From: Blastocatellia bacterium
GTDB taxonomy: Bacteria; Acidobacteriota; Blastocatellia; UBA7656
NCBI GenBank assembly: GCA_963765495.1
Contig: CAVXWP010000003.1
Location: 192,001-256,000 of the forward strand
DNA length: 64,000 nucleotides
Direction of reading: 5' to 3'
Positions 18,867 through 28,539 of the stretch are shown in pieces. Under the pieces are notes generated by a model. That model had not been told where the DNA came from. It ran no database searches and worked only from the letters and a program-made list of their open reading frames with translations. Each line of letters opens with the position of its first letter. Positions within the stretch are counted from its first letter, which is position 1. The translations under genes and the position numbers were made by a program.

Positions 18867-20477
18867 ATGCCTGAGTATCTCGCGCCTGGAGTTTACGTAG
18901 AGGAAATCAGCACTGGGGCTCGACCCATCGAAGGTGTCAGCACCAGCACTGCCGGCTTCGTCGGGCAGACCGAGCGCGGCCCAACAGTGCCGCGTCTCGT
19001 GACAAGCTGGGAAGAGTACTATCGCTGGTTCGGCGGCTATATTGACCGCGTGCCCGGCGGCACAAACCAGAAGTATCTGCCGTATGCCGTGCGAGGCTTT
19101 TTTGATAACGGAGGGCAGCGGCTGTTTGTGGCCCGCATCACCCCGCCCGGAGCCACCCCTGCATCGGCCGATCTTGGGAACAACACTACGGCAACCGCCA
19201 TCGGACCCGGTTTATCGGGCAATAATATCTTCGTCCGGGTCAGAAACGCCTCGCTGCAAGCGGATAACTCTCCCACAGCAGACTGGTTTCGCCTGACGCT
19301 GATTTATTATCGTCAGGACCGTCTCCCCGACCCTGCGAATTTCGTTGATCCCACGGCCCTCGAAAATATCGGTAATCCAAACAGAGTCGAGCCCGATGTC
19401 ATAGAGGATTACGACAACCTCTCGATATTGCCGACCGACAGCAATTTCGCGCAGACGGTTGTGAACGCGGGTTCGCGTCTTGTCAGCCTCGCAGTGGGCG
19501 GCAGACCTGCCGATGTGGAGTTCCCCGCCCAGAAACGTCTCGAAAACGGGACCGCCGGAAACGGCGAGCCGGGCAGAGATCAGTACTTTGGCTCGCCCGC
19601 AGACCCGCTCCCGAGACAGACGGGGCTGCTTGGCCTTTCGGCCATCCGTGACATATCGCTTCTGGCAATACCGGATGAGGTCGCGGTGCCCGATGTGAGG
19701 GCAGACATGCTGATACAGTGCGAAACCCTGAAAGACCGCTTTGCGATCTTCAGCGCCAGCGACGCCGAGCAGGATGGGAACATCGCCGGGCTCAGACCGC
19801 CACAGGACAGCACCTACGGCGCGTTCTATCTGCCCTGGGTGCGGGTCTCTGCCTCGCACACGCCCGAAGGCCATCTGCTTGTGCCGCCCACAGGCCACAT
19901 AGCCGGGATTTACGCCCGCGTGGATATCGAACGCGGCGTGCACAAGGCCCCCGCCAACGAGGTCATTCGCGGGATTATCACACGCGATCTGAGCGGCGAA
20001 AACAAACCGCTCAAGTATCTGCTCAACAAACAGCAGCAGGACATACTAAATCCAAAGGGCGTAAACGTGATACGCGACTTCCGGCCCGACGGACGCGGTA
20101 TAAGGGTCTGGGGCGCGCGCACAATGTCATCCGACCCGATGTGGAAATACATCAATGTCCGCCGTCTGTTTATCTTTGTCGAGCAATCCATAGATCGAGG
20201 AACGCAGTGGTCGGTCTTCGAGCCGAACTACGAATCTACATGGGCGGCAATACGACTTTCAATAACGGCATTCTTAAGGACCGTCTGGCGCAACGGAGCG
20301 CTTGCCGGAGTCACACAGGACGAGGCGTTTTTTGTTAAGTGCGACCGCACGACGATGACGCAGGATGACTGGGACAACGGGCGGCTGATCTGTCTGATCG
20401 GCATCGCGCCCGTCAAGCCCGCCGAATTCGTGATCTTCCGCATCTCGCAGAAGACCGTCGAGGCGGTGCAGCAATAA
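18867..20477 (+). CDS. Contractile tail sheath protein 1
   Basis: Motifs MPEYLAPGVYVEE, RGVHKAPANE, VWGART, YINVRRL, VFEPN and GIAPVKPAEFV. Confidence 0.97.
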   Translation: MPEYLAPGVYVEEISTGARPIEGVSTSTAGFVGQTERGPTVPRLVTSWEEYYRWFGGYIDRVPGGTNQKYLPYAVRGFFDNGGQRLFVARITPPGATPASADLGNNTTATAIGPGLSGNNIFVRVRNASLQADNSPTADWFRLTLIYYRQDRLPDPANFVDPTALENIGNPNRVEPDVIEDYDNLSILPTDSNFAQTVVNAGSRLVSLAVGGRPADVEFPAQKRLENGTAGNGEPGRDQYFGSPADPLPRQTGLLGLSAIRDISLLAIPDEVAVPDVRADMLIQCETLKDRFAIFSASDAEQDGNIAGLRPPQDSTYGAFYLPWVRVSASHTPEGHLLVPPTGHIAGIYARVDIERGVHKAPANEVIRGIITRDLSGENKPLKYLLNKQQQDILNPKGVNVIRDFRPDGRGIRVWGARTMSSDPMWKYINVRRLFIFVEQSIDRGTQWSVFEPNYESTWAAIRLSITAFLRTVWRNGALAGVTQDEAFFVKCDRTTMTQDDWDNGRLICLIGIAPVKPAEFVIFRISQKTVEAVQQ

Positions 20478-20488
20478 GGAGCTAAGAT

Positions 20489-20923
20489 ATGGCCGGGAGC
20501 GGAGATAGAGACGACCCCTTCACCTCCTTCAATTTTATTGTAGACATTCAAGGCATGCGGGCCGGATTCGCAGAGGTCGGCGGCCTGACTACCGAGACGG
20601 ATATCGTTGAGTACCGCGAGGGCAACGAGGACATTACCGTCCGCAAGATTCCGGGCAAGCGCAAGTATACCCAGATCAGCCTCAAGCGCGGGTTCACAAA
20701 CAGCAAGGACCTGTGGGAGTGGCGAAAGAAGGTGATCGAGGGACAGACGCAGAGGCTGTCGGGCACGATAACGCTTCTCGACGAATCGCGAAAGCCTGCG
20801 CTTGTGTGGCGCTTCTTCGAGGGCTGGCCGTCGAAGTGGGAAGGCCCGGCCCTGAACGCGAAGAATAACGACATAGCCATTGAAACGCTTGAGATCGCCC
20901 ACGAAGGTCTTGAACTCGAATAG
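20489..20923 (+). CDS. Tail tube protein 1 (T4 gp19-like)
   Basis: Motifs DPFTSFNF, GFAEVGGL, EYREG, ISLKRG and WPSKWEGP. Confidence 0.96.
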   Translation: MAGSGDRDDPFTSFNFIVDIQGMRAGFAEVGGLTTETDIVEYREGNEDITVRKIPGKRKYTQISLKRGFTNSKDLWEWRKKVIEGQTQRLSGTITLLDESRKPALVWRFFEGWPSKWEGPALNAKNNDIAIETLEIAHEGLELE

Positions 20924-20939
20924 CCATTGAGTCTGTCTT

Positions 20940-22682
20940 ATGCAAACCTACCGAACACCGGGGGTCTACTTTGAGCGGCAGGACGCAGCCCCGCCGCTCA
21001 TCGCCCCCCTGCGAACCGACATCGCAGGCTTTGTGGGGATAGCCGAACGCGGCCCCCTCAATACGCCTGTGAAGATCGAATCGCTCACGCAGTTTGCAAA
21101 CGTCTTTGGCAGAAAGATCGCTCAGGGCTATCTGGCTTACGCCGTGGACGGCTTCTTCAAAAACGGCGGAGAGACCTGCTGGGTGGTTCGCGTGGCGAGT
21201 CTCGAACAATCCGAGTCGCCGAAGATCACGGCGAGGCTCGACATCTTTGACGACCTCCGTACCCCCGTGCTGCGGCTGATCGCGGGCAGTCCCGGCGCGT
21301 GGGGAAACGATATAGTTGCGCGCTGGATAATTCGGGAGGACCGCATAATTTCGCTCACGCTGCACTTCCCCGACGGAACCGAACAACTCGTACGCGAGCC
21401 GCTCGATCTTGCCCTCAAAAAGGGTCAGAAAAAAGCGCCCGACGAAACCTCATCCGAGTTGAACGCGCTCCCGGCGAGCCTGCTCACGCCGCTTGTCAGA
21501 ATCGAGTTGCCGCCTGCGGGAACGGTCTTTGAATCCGAGTCCGATCCCGAGTCTAAAATGCAGACTTCAATTCGCGCGCTCGAAGCGCGGCTCGCGGGTG
21601 GAGCCGATGCGCTCAAGGATCTGAAGCCGCAACATTTCAGCGGAGTAGATTCTGAGCCGAACAGACCCCGTGGTCTTGCCGCGCTCGAACAGATCAAGGA
21701 AGTATCGGTCATCGCCATACCCGATCTGATGCCGAAGCTCCCCATAACGGCGAAACAAAAGCCTCTGCCTCTTGATTGTGAAAGGCTCGATGTAGTTCCG
21801 CCGCCACAACGAATCGCCGAACCGGAGGTCGAGTTTCCTCCGAGCTTCGGCGATGACGAGATATTTTTATTGCAGCAGGCGATGATAAACCATTGCGAGA
21901 GGCTCGGCTATCGCGTGGCGATACTCGATTCGCCCGATACGCTGAATTCATCCGATGACCCGGAATCATTGAGCGCCTTCCTGCCGGAACAGGCGATCAA
22001 GTGGGGCGCGGACCTCGGACAGACAAGCTTCGCAGCGCTCTACTATCCGTGGATCGTGGTAGATGATCCGCTGCTTTTGACCGGCCTTGCGAGGGCGGTT
22101 CCGCCAAGCGGGCATCTGGCCGGAATCTACGCCCGCAGCGACCGCGCGCGAGGCGTTCACAAGCCCCCGGCAAACGAGGTGATCGAAGGGGCGGTCGATC
22201 TGCGTTTTTCTGTCAACGAGATTCTCCACGGCGCTTTGAATGACAACGGGGTAAACGCGCTGCGCTCGTTTGCCGGGCGCGGCATACGAGTATACGGCGC
22301 GCGGACGCTCGATTCTGAAATCCGTTTTGTCAACGTGCGCCGCCTGCTTTCGATGATCGAAAAGGCGATAGATCAAAGCACTCAATGGACGGTCTTCGAA
22401 CCAAACGACAGACTGCTCAGACGAGAGATAGACAGAGTGGCGCGCACATTTTTGCAGACGCTTTTTCGCAAGGGGATGCTCGACGGGGCGACCCCAGACG
22501 AAGCGTTCTTTGTGCAGTGCGACGATTCGATAAATCCCCCGGAACAGATTGACCTGGGGCAGGTCGTCTGCCGGATAGGCGTGCAACCGCCTTACCCGGC
22601 AGAGTTCGTGGTCGTCGTCATCGGCAAGACTCAGGACGCCATCGAGGTCTTGCAGGAACAGGGGGCTGGTCAAAATGGCTGA
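20940..22682 (+). CDS. Contractile tail sheath protein 2
   Basis: Motifs YRTPGVYFE, PPSGHLAG, RGVHKPPANE, YGARTL, VNVRRL and PAEFV. Confidence 0.95.
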   Translation: MQTYRTPGVYFERQDAAPPLIAPLRTDIAGFVGIAERGPLNTPVKIESLTQFANVFGRKIAQGYLAYAVDGFFKNGGETCWVVRVASLEQSESPKITARLDIFDDLRTPVLRLIAGSPGAWGNDIVARWIIREDRIISLTLHFPDGTEQLVREPLDLALKKGQKKAPDETSSELNALPASLLTPLVRIELPPAGTVFESESDPESKMQTSIRALEARLAGGADALKDLKPQHFSGVDSEPNRPRGLAALEQIKEVSVIAIPDLMPKLPITAKQKPLPLDCERLDVVPPPQRIAEPEVEFPPSFGDDEIFLLQQAMINHCERLGYRVAILDSPDTLNSSDDPESLSAFLPEQAIKWGADLGQTSFAALYYPWIVVDDPLLLTGLARAVPPSGHLAGIYARSDRARGVHKPPANEVIEGAVDLRFSVNEILHGALNDNGVNALRSFAGRGIRVYGARTLDSEIRFVNVRRLLSMIEKAIDQSTQWTVFEPNDRLLRREIDRVARTFLQTLFRKGMLDGATPDEAFFVQCDDSINPPEQIDLGQVVCRIGVQPPYPAEFVVVVIGKTQDAIEVLQEQGAGQNG

Positions 22683-23115
22683 TTCGAATGCCAGAAAAGA
22701 TCCCATCCCTTCCTTTCGCTTCACGGTGCGATTTGATGATTTGCCGCCCGGCGGGTTCAGCGATTGCTCGGGCTTGCAGATGGAGACCGAGGTGCAGGAC
22801 TTTCATGAAGGCGGGCTCAATACGCATACGTGGAAGTTTGTAACGCGCACAAAACAGGCGAATCTGACGCTCAAGCGGGGAATAGTCAACAAGTCGCTGT
22901 GGGACTGGTATCAGGAACTGGTACAGGGAAAGATGCGATTTCGCAATGCCACGATCATCGTCCACGACCCGTCGGGGGCCGAAGATGTGCTCGAATTTCA
23001 GATCAATCAGGCCTTTCCTATCAAATGGGTGGGACCGGAATTGAGCGCGGCTCAAAACAATATCGCCGTAGAGATGGTTGAGTTCGCTCATCAGGGGCTT
23101 GAACGGCTCAAATGA
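22675..23115 (+). CDS. Tail tube protein 2 (gp19-like)
   Basis: Motifs DPIPSFRF, GFSDCSGL, EGG, LTLKRG and AFPIKWVGPEL. Confidence 0.95.
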   Translation: MADSNARKDPIPSFRFTVRFDDLPPGGFSDCSGLQMETEVQDFHEGGLNTHTWKFVTRTKQANLTLKRGIVNKSLWDWYQELVQGKMRFRNATIIVHDPSGAEDVLEFQINQAFPIKWVGPELSAAQNNIAVEMVEFAHQGLERLK

Positions 23116-23145
23116 AATCGGCTCAACCGGAGATGACAAAAGGAT

Positions 23146-23343
23146 ATGCCGGTGTTTGTAGAAGAGATGACAAGCGAAGTCGCGGTGGCCGAAGGTGAAT
23201 TGCCTCTCAGCCCGTCGCAGGTCGAAAAACTCGTCGAACTGGTCTTGAAAAGACTGGCCGAAAAACAGCAGGACGACAAACGCACGCGCGATGCGACCCG
23301 GCTCCGCAGGGGCGCGTCCGAGCCGTTCGAGCCGGGTTATTGA
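23146..23343 (+). CDS. Small eCIS protein (Afp6/DUF5908-like position and pattern)
   Basis: AAGGA RBS; MPVFVEEMTSEV...VEKLVELVLKRL; lies between the tube and LysM genes. Confidence 0.6.
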   Translation: MPVFVEEMTSEVAVAEGELPLSPSQVEKLVELVLKRLAEKQQDDKRTRDATRLRRGASEPFEPGY

Positions 23344-23352
23344 GGACACCCT

Positions 23353-24051
23353 ATGCCGCTTATAAAAGCAGCCATAGTAGTAGACCCCGCCGACAGGGGA
23401 CCAGGTTTGCAGCCGATAATCGTCGTGCAATTCAACCCTGCGGAATACACTCTGTCGAAGGGCGCGCAAATAGCAGAGATCGCGATTCCCGGAATAGACT
23501 CGCCTATACTCCAATTCGTGCGCGGACAAAATGAGAAGCTCACGCTCGAACTTTTCTTTGACACCACGCAATTCGGGATGGGCGCGCTTGCGGTGCTCGA
23601 TGTGCGCTTGCTTACAAATCCTGTATATCAACTCGTCAAGATACAATCGAAGACGCACGCGCCGCCGCGTGTTCGTTTTATCTGGGGCAGGGGACTTTCG
23701 TTTCGCGCCATCGTCGAAAGCGTTCAGCAGAAATTCACCGTCTTTAACCCGGAAGGAGTCCCGCTGCGCGCCGCGCTTTCGGTCACATTCCGCGAATACA
23801 AGACGCTCGAAGAACAGCTAAAGGAACTCAACCTGCAATCGTCCGACCACACAAAGCGCCGGGTGGTCCGTCAGGGCGATACCCTCGCTCAGATCGCGTT
23901 TGAAGAATACAGGGACGCGTCACAGTGGCGGCACATAGCCGAAGCGCCCGCTAATGCCGCAGTCCTTAAAGACCCGCGCCGCCTCGTTCCCGGCACGGAG
24001 CTTGAAATTCCGGCGCTCGATGTATTCAACGCCCCAAACCGGAGGTCCTGA
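23353..24051 (+). CDS. CIS tube-initiator protein with LysM domain (Afp7-like)
   Basis: Motifs VQFNPAEY, LFFDT, F..EGVPLRA and LysM VVRQGDTLAQIAFEEY..WRHIAEA. Confidence 0.92.
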   Translation: MPLIKAAIVVDPADRGPGLQPIIVVQFNPAEYTLSKGAQIAEIAIPGIDSPILQFVRGQNEKLTLELFFDTTQFGMGALAVLDVRLLTNPVYQLVKIQSKTHAPPRVRFIWGRGLSFRAIVESVQQKFTVFNPEGVPLRAALSVTFREYKTLEEQLKELNLQSSDHTKRRVVRQGDTLAQIAFEEYRDASQWRHIAEAPANAAVLKDPRRLVPGTELEIPALDVFNAPNRRS

Positions 24052-25172
24052 TGTCATCTGACGCCATTCCAATTTATCAGGGTCAGGATTTTTACGTCCC
24101 GCAATTTCAGGTCAAGGTCGCGGGCCGCCCGCAGGGGCAGGACGTTATACACGACATCCTTCAGGTCAGTTATAAGGACAGCATTCAAGATATAGACAGT
24201 TTCGAAATCACGATAAACAACTGGGACGCGCAAGAGCGAGCTTTCAAGTACAGCGATAGCGAACTGTTCGATCCGGGCAAGGAGCTGGATCTCTGGATGG
24301 GCTATTTCGGCAAAGACAGTTTACGGTTGATGATACGCGGCCAGATCACGGCCCTTCGCCCGGCCTTTCCTTCGGGCAGCTCTTCGACCCTCGTCATCAG
24401 CGGCCTCAACGTGCTGCACAAACTTCGCACACAGCAGGAGTCTCACGCTTATGAAGACATGACAGACACTCAGATCGCGCAGCAGGTAGGCTCGCGGCTC
24501 AGCGTCAAAATCGTCCCGGGCAGTGGCGCGGGAGAGCAGAAATACAAATACATCTTTCAGGATAATCAGTACGACATCATCTTTCTGATGGAGCGCGCCC
24601 GTCGCATAGGCTACGAACTTGTAGCCGAAGAACAGGGCCAGAACGGGCAGGCGGCAGAGACCGTGCTTCGATTCGCGCCTTCGGTAAACAATCGCAAGGT
24701 CACCTATCGCCTCACCTACGGCCGCTCGCTGATAGAGTTCAAACCCGATCTGACGACCGCAAATCAGGTAGGCGAAGTGACCGTTCGGGGATGGGATGCG
24801 CTCAACAAGAAAAAGATCGAGGCCACGGCAAAGCGCAGCGACATCACTACAAAGGGTGTGGGGACGAAAGGAAACCAGAAGGCCATCGAGCAGTCGTTCA
24901 ATCAGCGCAAGGAAGTCCTCGCTACCCAGAGCGTGGAAAGCGAAGCCGAGGCGAAGACGCTCGCCATCCAGACGCTCGAAAAGATAGCCAAAGACATGGT
25001 GAAGGGAAGCGGCTCAACCGTGGGACTGCCCGACCTGCGCGCGGGCAGCGTCGTCGAGATAGACGGTCTCGGCAATCGCTTCAGCGGAAGGTACTTCATA
25101 ACATCCACGACCCACGCCATAGGTGACAGCGGCTACACGACGCAGTTTGAATGCCGCCGCGAGGAGATATGA
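24051..25172 (+). CDS. Phage late control D / gp27-like baseplate hub (VgrG N-terminal part)
   Basis: Motifs QDNQYDIIFLMERARRIGY, VTVRGWD, GLPDLRAG..GLGNRFSGRYFI and THAI. Confidence 0.92.
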   Translation: MSSDAIPIYQGQDFYVPQFQVKVAGRPQGQDVIHDILQVSYKDSIQDIDSFEITINNWDAQERAFKYSDSELFDPGKELDLWMGYFGKDSLRLMIRGQITALRPAFPSGSSSTLVISGLNVLHKLRTQQESHAYEDMTDTQIAQQVGSRLSVKIVPGSGAGEQKYKYIFQDNQYDIIFLMERARRIGYELVAEEQGQNGQAAETVLRFAPSVNNRKVTYRLTYGRSLIEFKPDLTTANQVGEVTVRGWDALNKKKIEATAKRSDITTKGVGTKGNQKAIEQSFNQRKEVLATQSVESEAEAKTLAIQTLEKIAKDMVKGSGSTVGLPDLRAGSVVEIDGLGNRFSGRYFITSTTHAIGDSGYTTQFECRREEI

Positions 25173-25750
25173 GGCAACGAGAAAACGGCATAGTGATCGG
25201 CACGGTCCTCGACCTCGAAGACCCCGAAAAACTTGGGCGCGTGAAGGTGCGGCTCGCGCAATACAACGACGAGCAGAGTTGCTGGGCGCGTATCGTCGCT
25301 CCGATGGCGGGAAAAGATCGCGGCTTCTTTTTCAGGCCGGAAAAGGAAGATGAAGTCCTGGTCGCATTTGAAAACGGAGACCCGCGCCGCGCCTATGTGA
25401 TGGGCGCGCTCTGGAGCAAGGTGGACACCCCGCCGCCTGATGACGGCAAACAGGCAGACAACAACTGGCGTTTTATCGTTTCGCGTTCGGGTCACATACT
25501 CCGCTTCGATGATACGAGCGGGGCCGAAAAGATCGAGGTGATTGATAAGACCGGCAAGCACAGGATCATCGTTGACGCATCGGGCGACAAGCTCCAGATC
25601 ATCTGCGACAGCGGCGATGTGGAAGTAAAGGCCCCGGCAGGCTCGATAAAAGTCGAGGCGAAATCAATCGAGATAACCGCCTCGGCCGATATGACGGTCA
25701 AGGCCGGAACCCAGATGAAGATTCAAGGCGCGAAGGTAGACATCAACTGA
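25169..25750 (+). CDS. Baseplate assembly protein V / gp5-like spike (VgrG C-terminal part)
   Basis: Motifs DPEKLGRVKV, WARI, PEKEDEVLVAFENGDP and SRSGH..FDD; ATGA overlap with the upstream gene. Confidence 0.93.
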   Translation: MRQRENGIVIGTVLDLEDPEKLGRVKVRLAQYNDEQSCWARIVAPMAGKDRGFFFRPEKEDEVLVAFENGDPRRAYVMGALWSKVDTPPPDDGKQADNNWRFIVSRSGHILRFDDTSGAEKIEVIDKTGKHRIIVDASGDKLQIICDSGDVEVKAPAGSIKVEAKSIEITASADMTVKAGTQMKIQGAKVDIN

Positions 25751-25776
25751 TGGTTGACATCAACTGATGGTTGACA
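25739..25776. repeat. 17-bp tandem duplication across the gpV stop codon
   Basis: GACATCAACTGATGGTT occurs twice plus a partial third copy. Confidence 0.85.
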
Positions 25777-25793
25777 CAACCGAAGGAGGCGAC

Positions 25794-26183
25794 ATGGGAC
25801 AGCCCGCAGCAAAGCAGGGAGATCGCATCACGGCTCTTAACATGCATCTGATACAGCCGCCCGGACCGACTTCGCCCGTGCTCACGCCTCACCCGTTTAG
25901 CGGGATAATCGACGGAAGTCTCAGCGCGGATGTCAACATCGAAGGTCGTGCGGCGGCGACCACGGGCAGCACGGCGACCAATACGCCTCCCCACATTCCG
26001 CAGGGCGGGTCGTTTGTAAATCCTCCGACAAATCGCGCCACGATCATAAAGGGGAGTCTCACGGTTTCGATAAACGGGAAACCGGCGGCGCGCGCAGGCG
26101 ATACGGCGCTTACGTGCAACGACCCGGTGGACGCGCCCGTAGGCACCGTGGTGGCGCAAGGGACGGTGACGATAGGTGGCTGA
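25794..26183 (+). CDS. PAAR spike-tip protein
   Basis: Motifs MGQPAAKQGD, V.IEGRAAA and V.INGKPAARAGD. Confidence 0.93.
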   Translation: MGQPAAKQGDRITALNMHLIQPPGPTSPVLTPHPFSGIIDGSLSADVNIEGRAAATTGSTATNTPPHIPQGGSFVNPPTNRATIIKGSLTVSINGKPAARAGDTALTCNDPVDAPVGTVVAQGTVTIGG

Positions 26184-26583
26184 CGCAACACAAAATTTCA
26201 TAGGTCAGGGCTGGTGGTTTCCGGTCAAGCCAGATTCTCAGGGCAGGTTGAGATGGGTATCGGGCGATGAAGAGATACGCCAGAGCATCTGGCTGATCCT
26301 GACGACCGCGCCCGGTGAACGACAGATGAGGCCGGAATTCGGATGCGGAATTTACGATCTGGTCTTTGACGCAAACACGGCCATGCTGCACGGGCTTGTG
26401 CAGGAAAACGTACGGGTAGCCCTGACGAAATGGGAGCCTCGCATCGACGTTCTGGATGTGCGAGTGGAATCCCCGCCCGAACAGCGCAACCTGCTGTTGA
26501 TCCACGTTGATTATCGCATCCGCGCCAACAACGCGTTTTTCAATCTGGTCTACCCGTTCTTCCTGATTGAAGGCGCAGGGTAA
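26176..26583 (+). CDS. GPW/gp25 baseplate wedge protein (Afp9-like)
   Basis: Motifs IRQSIWLILTTAPGERQMRPEFGCG, WEPRI and NLVYPF. Confidence 0.95.
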   Translation: MADATQNFIGQGWWFPVKPDSQGRLRWVSGDEEIRQSIWLILTTAPGERQMRPEFGCGIYDLVFDANTAMLHGLVQENVRVALTKWEPRIDVLDVRVESPPEQRNLLLIHVDYRIRANNAFFNLVYPFFLIEGAG

Positions 26584-26587
26584 CGAT

Positions 26588-28531
26588 ATGCCTCTTGAAG
26601 AACCAAAACTCGACGACAGAAATTTCGAACAACTGGTTCGGGACCTGCGATTGCGCATTCCGCGCTACACAAAGGAATGGACCAATTTCAACGACAGCGA
26701 CCCGGGGATAACGCTGCTACAACTCTTTGCGTGGCTTTCGGAGATGATGCTCTTCCGAATGAATCAGGTCCCGCTCAAGAACTACGTAAAATTCCTGAAA
26801 CTGCTCGGTCAGGAACTCCGGCCCGCAAGACCCGCCCGAGCGCGCCTGACCTTTACCGCGACTCCCGGCGCTGCGGTCGAGCCGGTACCGGCGCGGGCGC
26901 AGGTCTCCGCGCAGATTGATGACGGGGGCGAGCCTCTGACATTCGAAACCGAAAGAGGGCTGGACGTGATCCCCGTCCCGCTCGAAACCGTAGGCGTCTT
27001 TGACGGCGCGGCGTTTATAAATGTCACCGAAGCAAACAAGACTCCCGGCACGAAATTCCACCCGTTCGGCTGGGCACCAGACATCGGCAACGCGCTTTAT
27101 CTGGGCTTCAAACCGCCCGACCCCATACCGCCGGGTCAATTGTCTCCGTTCCCGCAAGAGATGACTTTTTGCGCGTTTTTGCCGCCGGAAATCACCGCCG
27201 GAATACCGCAGAAATGTACGGGCGAATCGCGCCCGCCCGTGCCGCCCGTGAATCTCGTCTGGGAGTTTCGCCCCGACGCAAACGACCCGAACTGGCAACG
27301 GTTGAATGTGTTCGAAGACGAGACCGCCGCTTTCACACGCGAAGGCTACATTCGCGTGGAAGGACCGCGAGAGATAAAGCCTTCAAGCGAACCTCGCCTG
27401 AGCCAGGAGCCCCGTTACTGGATTCGAACGCGGCTTTCCGACCCCGTGACTTACCCGGCGGGCCGGGTTCCGCAGATCGATTTTCTGCGCCCGAATACGG
27501 TTGATGCCGTAAATCTCAACACCGTCCGCGAAGAGATTCTGGGGATAAGCGAGGGGCAGCCGCGCGAGCAATTTCAACTCTTGCGAAAACCGGTCCAAAA
27601 AACATCGCTGAAGTTGAGGACCGAGTTGCCCGATACTGAACCCGAGACGTGGATACAGGTAGAAGATTTTCTTTCCTCAAAACCCGATGATCCGCATTAC
27701 ACGCTCAACGCCACAGCCGCGATCATCGAATTCGGCGATGGGGACCGGGGCCGCATCCCGGAAGCCGGAGCTACGGTACTCGCGACCGAATACAGATACG
27801 GCGGCGGCGCGCGAGGCAACAAGGCGGGCATCGGGTCTATAAAAAATCCGCAGAGCGTTCTTGTAGGCATAGACAAGATATTCAACGAGCGCCCCGCCGT
27901 CGGTGGAGTCGATGAGCAGACGCTCGATGATATAAAGCTCGAAGCGGCTTCGCTGCTCAGGCGGCGCGACCGCGCGGTGACGCCCGAGGATTTTAAATCT
28001 TTCGCCGAAGAGATCGGCGGCGTAGCAAAAGCAAAGGCGCTGGCCTTGTTTCACCCCGATCATCCCGGTGTCGAGGTTCCCGGGGCTATCACCGTGGTTG
28101 TCGTCCCCGACAACGAAGACAAACCTCCAAAGCCTTCCGCCGATCTCATCCGCGAAATCTGCGCCCACCTCGATGAGAAGCGTCTGCTTACAACCGAGGT
28201 CTTTGTGAAAGGCCCCGAGTATCAGGAAATCCGCGTAGAGGCGCGCGTGACGGCGCAGCCCTATGCTTCATTCAATGCCGTGACAATCGCCGTCATCAAG
28301 GCGATTGATAGGCTGCTGGACCCCCGCCGCAGAGAATTCGGAGAGGAACTGTTCCCGACCAGTTTGTATAGCGTCATCTTGACTGTGGTGGATGTAGTGG
28401 CCGTGTTGTCACTGAACATCTTTGTTGACGGCAGGAGACAGGAAGACCTAAAGCCGGTTGATGTGCCCCTCGATGGTCTGATCTTCGGGCGCAATCACAT
28501 CATCTCGGTCGAACCGGCTCAGGATAGATAG
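26588..28531 (+). CDS. Baseplate J/gp47-like protein (Afp11-like)
   Basis: Motifs LDDRNF, WTNFNDSDPGITL, FGDGDRGRIP, YRYGGGARGN and RDRAVTPEDF. Confidence 0.93.
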   Translation: MPLEEPKLDDRNFEQLVRDLRLRIPRYTKEWTNFNDSDPGITLLQLFAWLSEMMLFRMNQVPLKNYVKFLKLLGQELRPARPARARLTFTATPGAAVEPVPARAQVSAQIDDGGEPLTFETERGLDVIPVPLETVGVFDGAAFINVTEANKTPGTKFHPFGWAPDIGNALYLGFKPPDPIPPGQLSPFPQEMTFCAFLPPEITAGIPQKCTGESRPPVPPVNLVWEFRPDANDPNWQRLNVFEDETAAFTREGYIRVEGPREIKPSSEPRLSQEPRYWIRTRLSDPVTYPAGRVPQIDFLRPNTVDAVNLNTVREEILGISEGQPREQFQLLRKPVQKTSLKLRTELPDTEPETWIQVEDFLSSKPDDPHYTLNATAAIIEFGDGDRGRIPEAGATVLATEYRYGGGARGNKAGIGSIKNPQSVLVGIDKIFNERPAVGGVDEQTLDDIKLEAASLLRRRDRAVTPEDFKSFAEEIGGVAKAKALALFHPDHPGVEVPGAITVVVVPDNEDKPPKPSADLIREICAHLDEKRLLTTEVFVKGPEYQEIRVEARVTAQPYASFNAVTIAVIKAIDRLLDPRRREFGEELFPTSLYSVILTVVDVVAVLSLNIFVDGRRQEDLKPVDVPLDGLIFGRNHIISVEPAQDR

Positions 28532-28539
28532 GACCCCGT

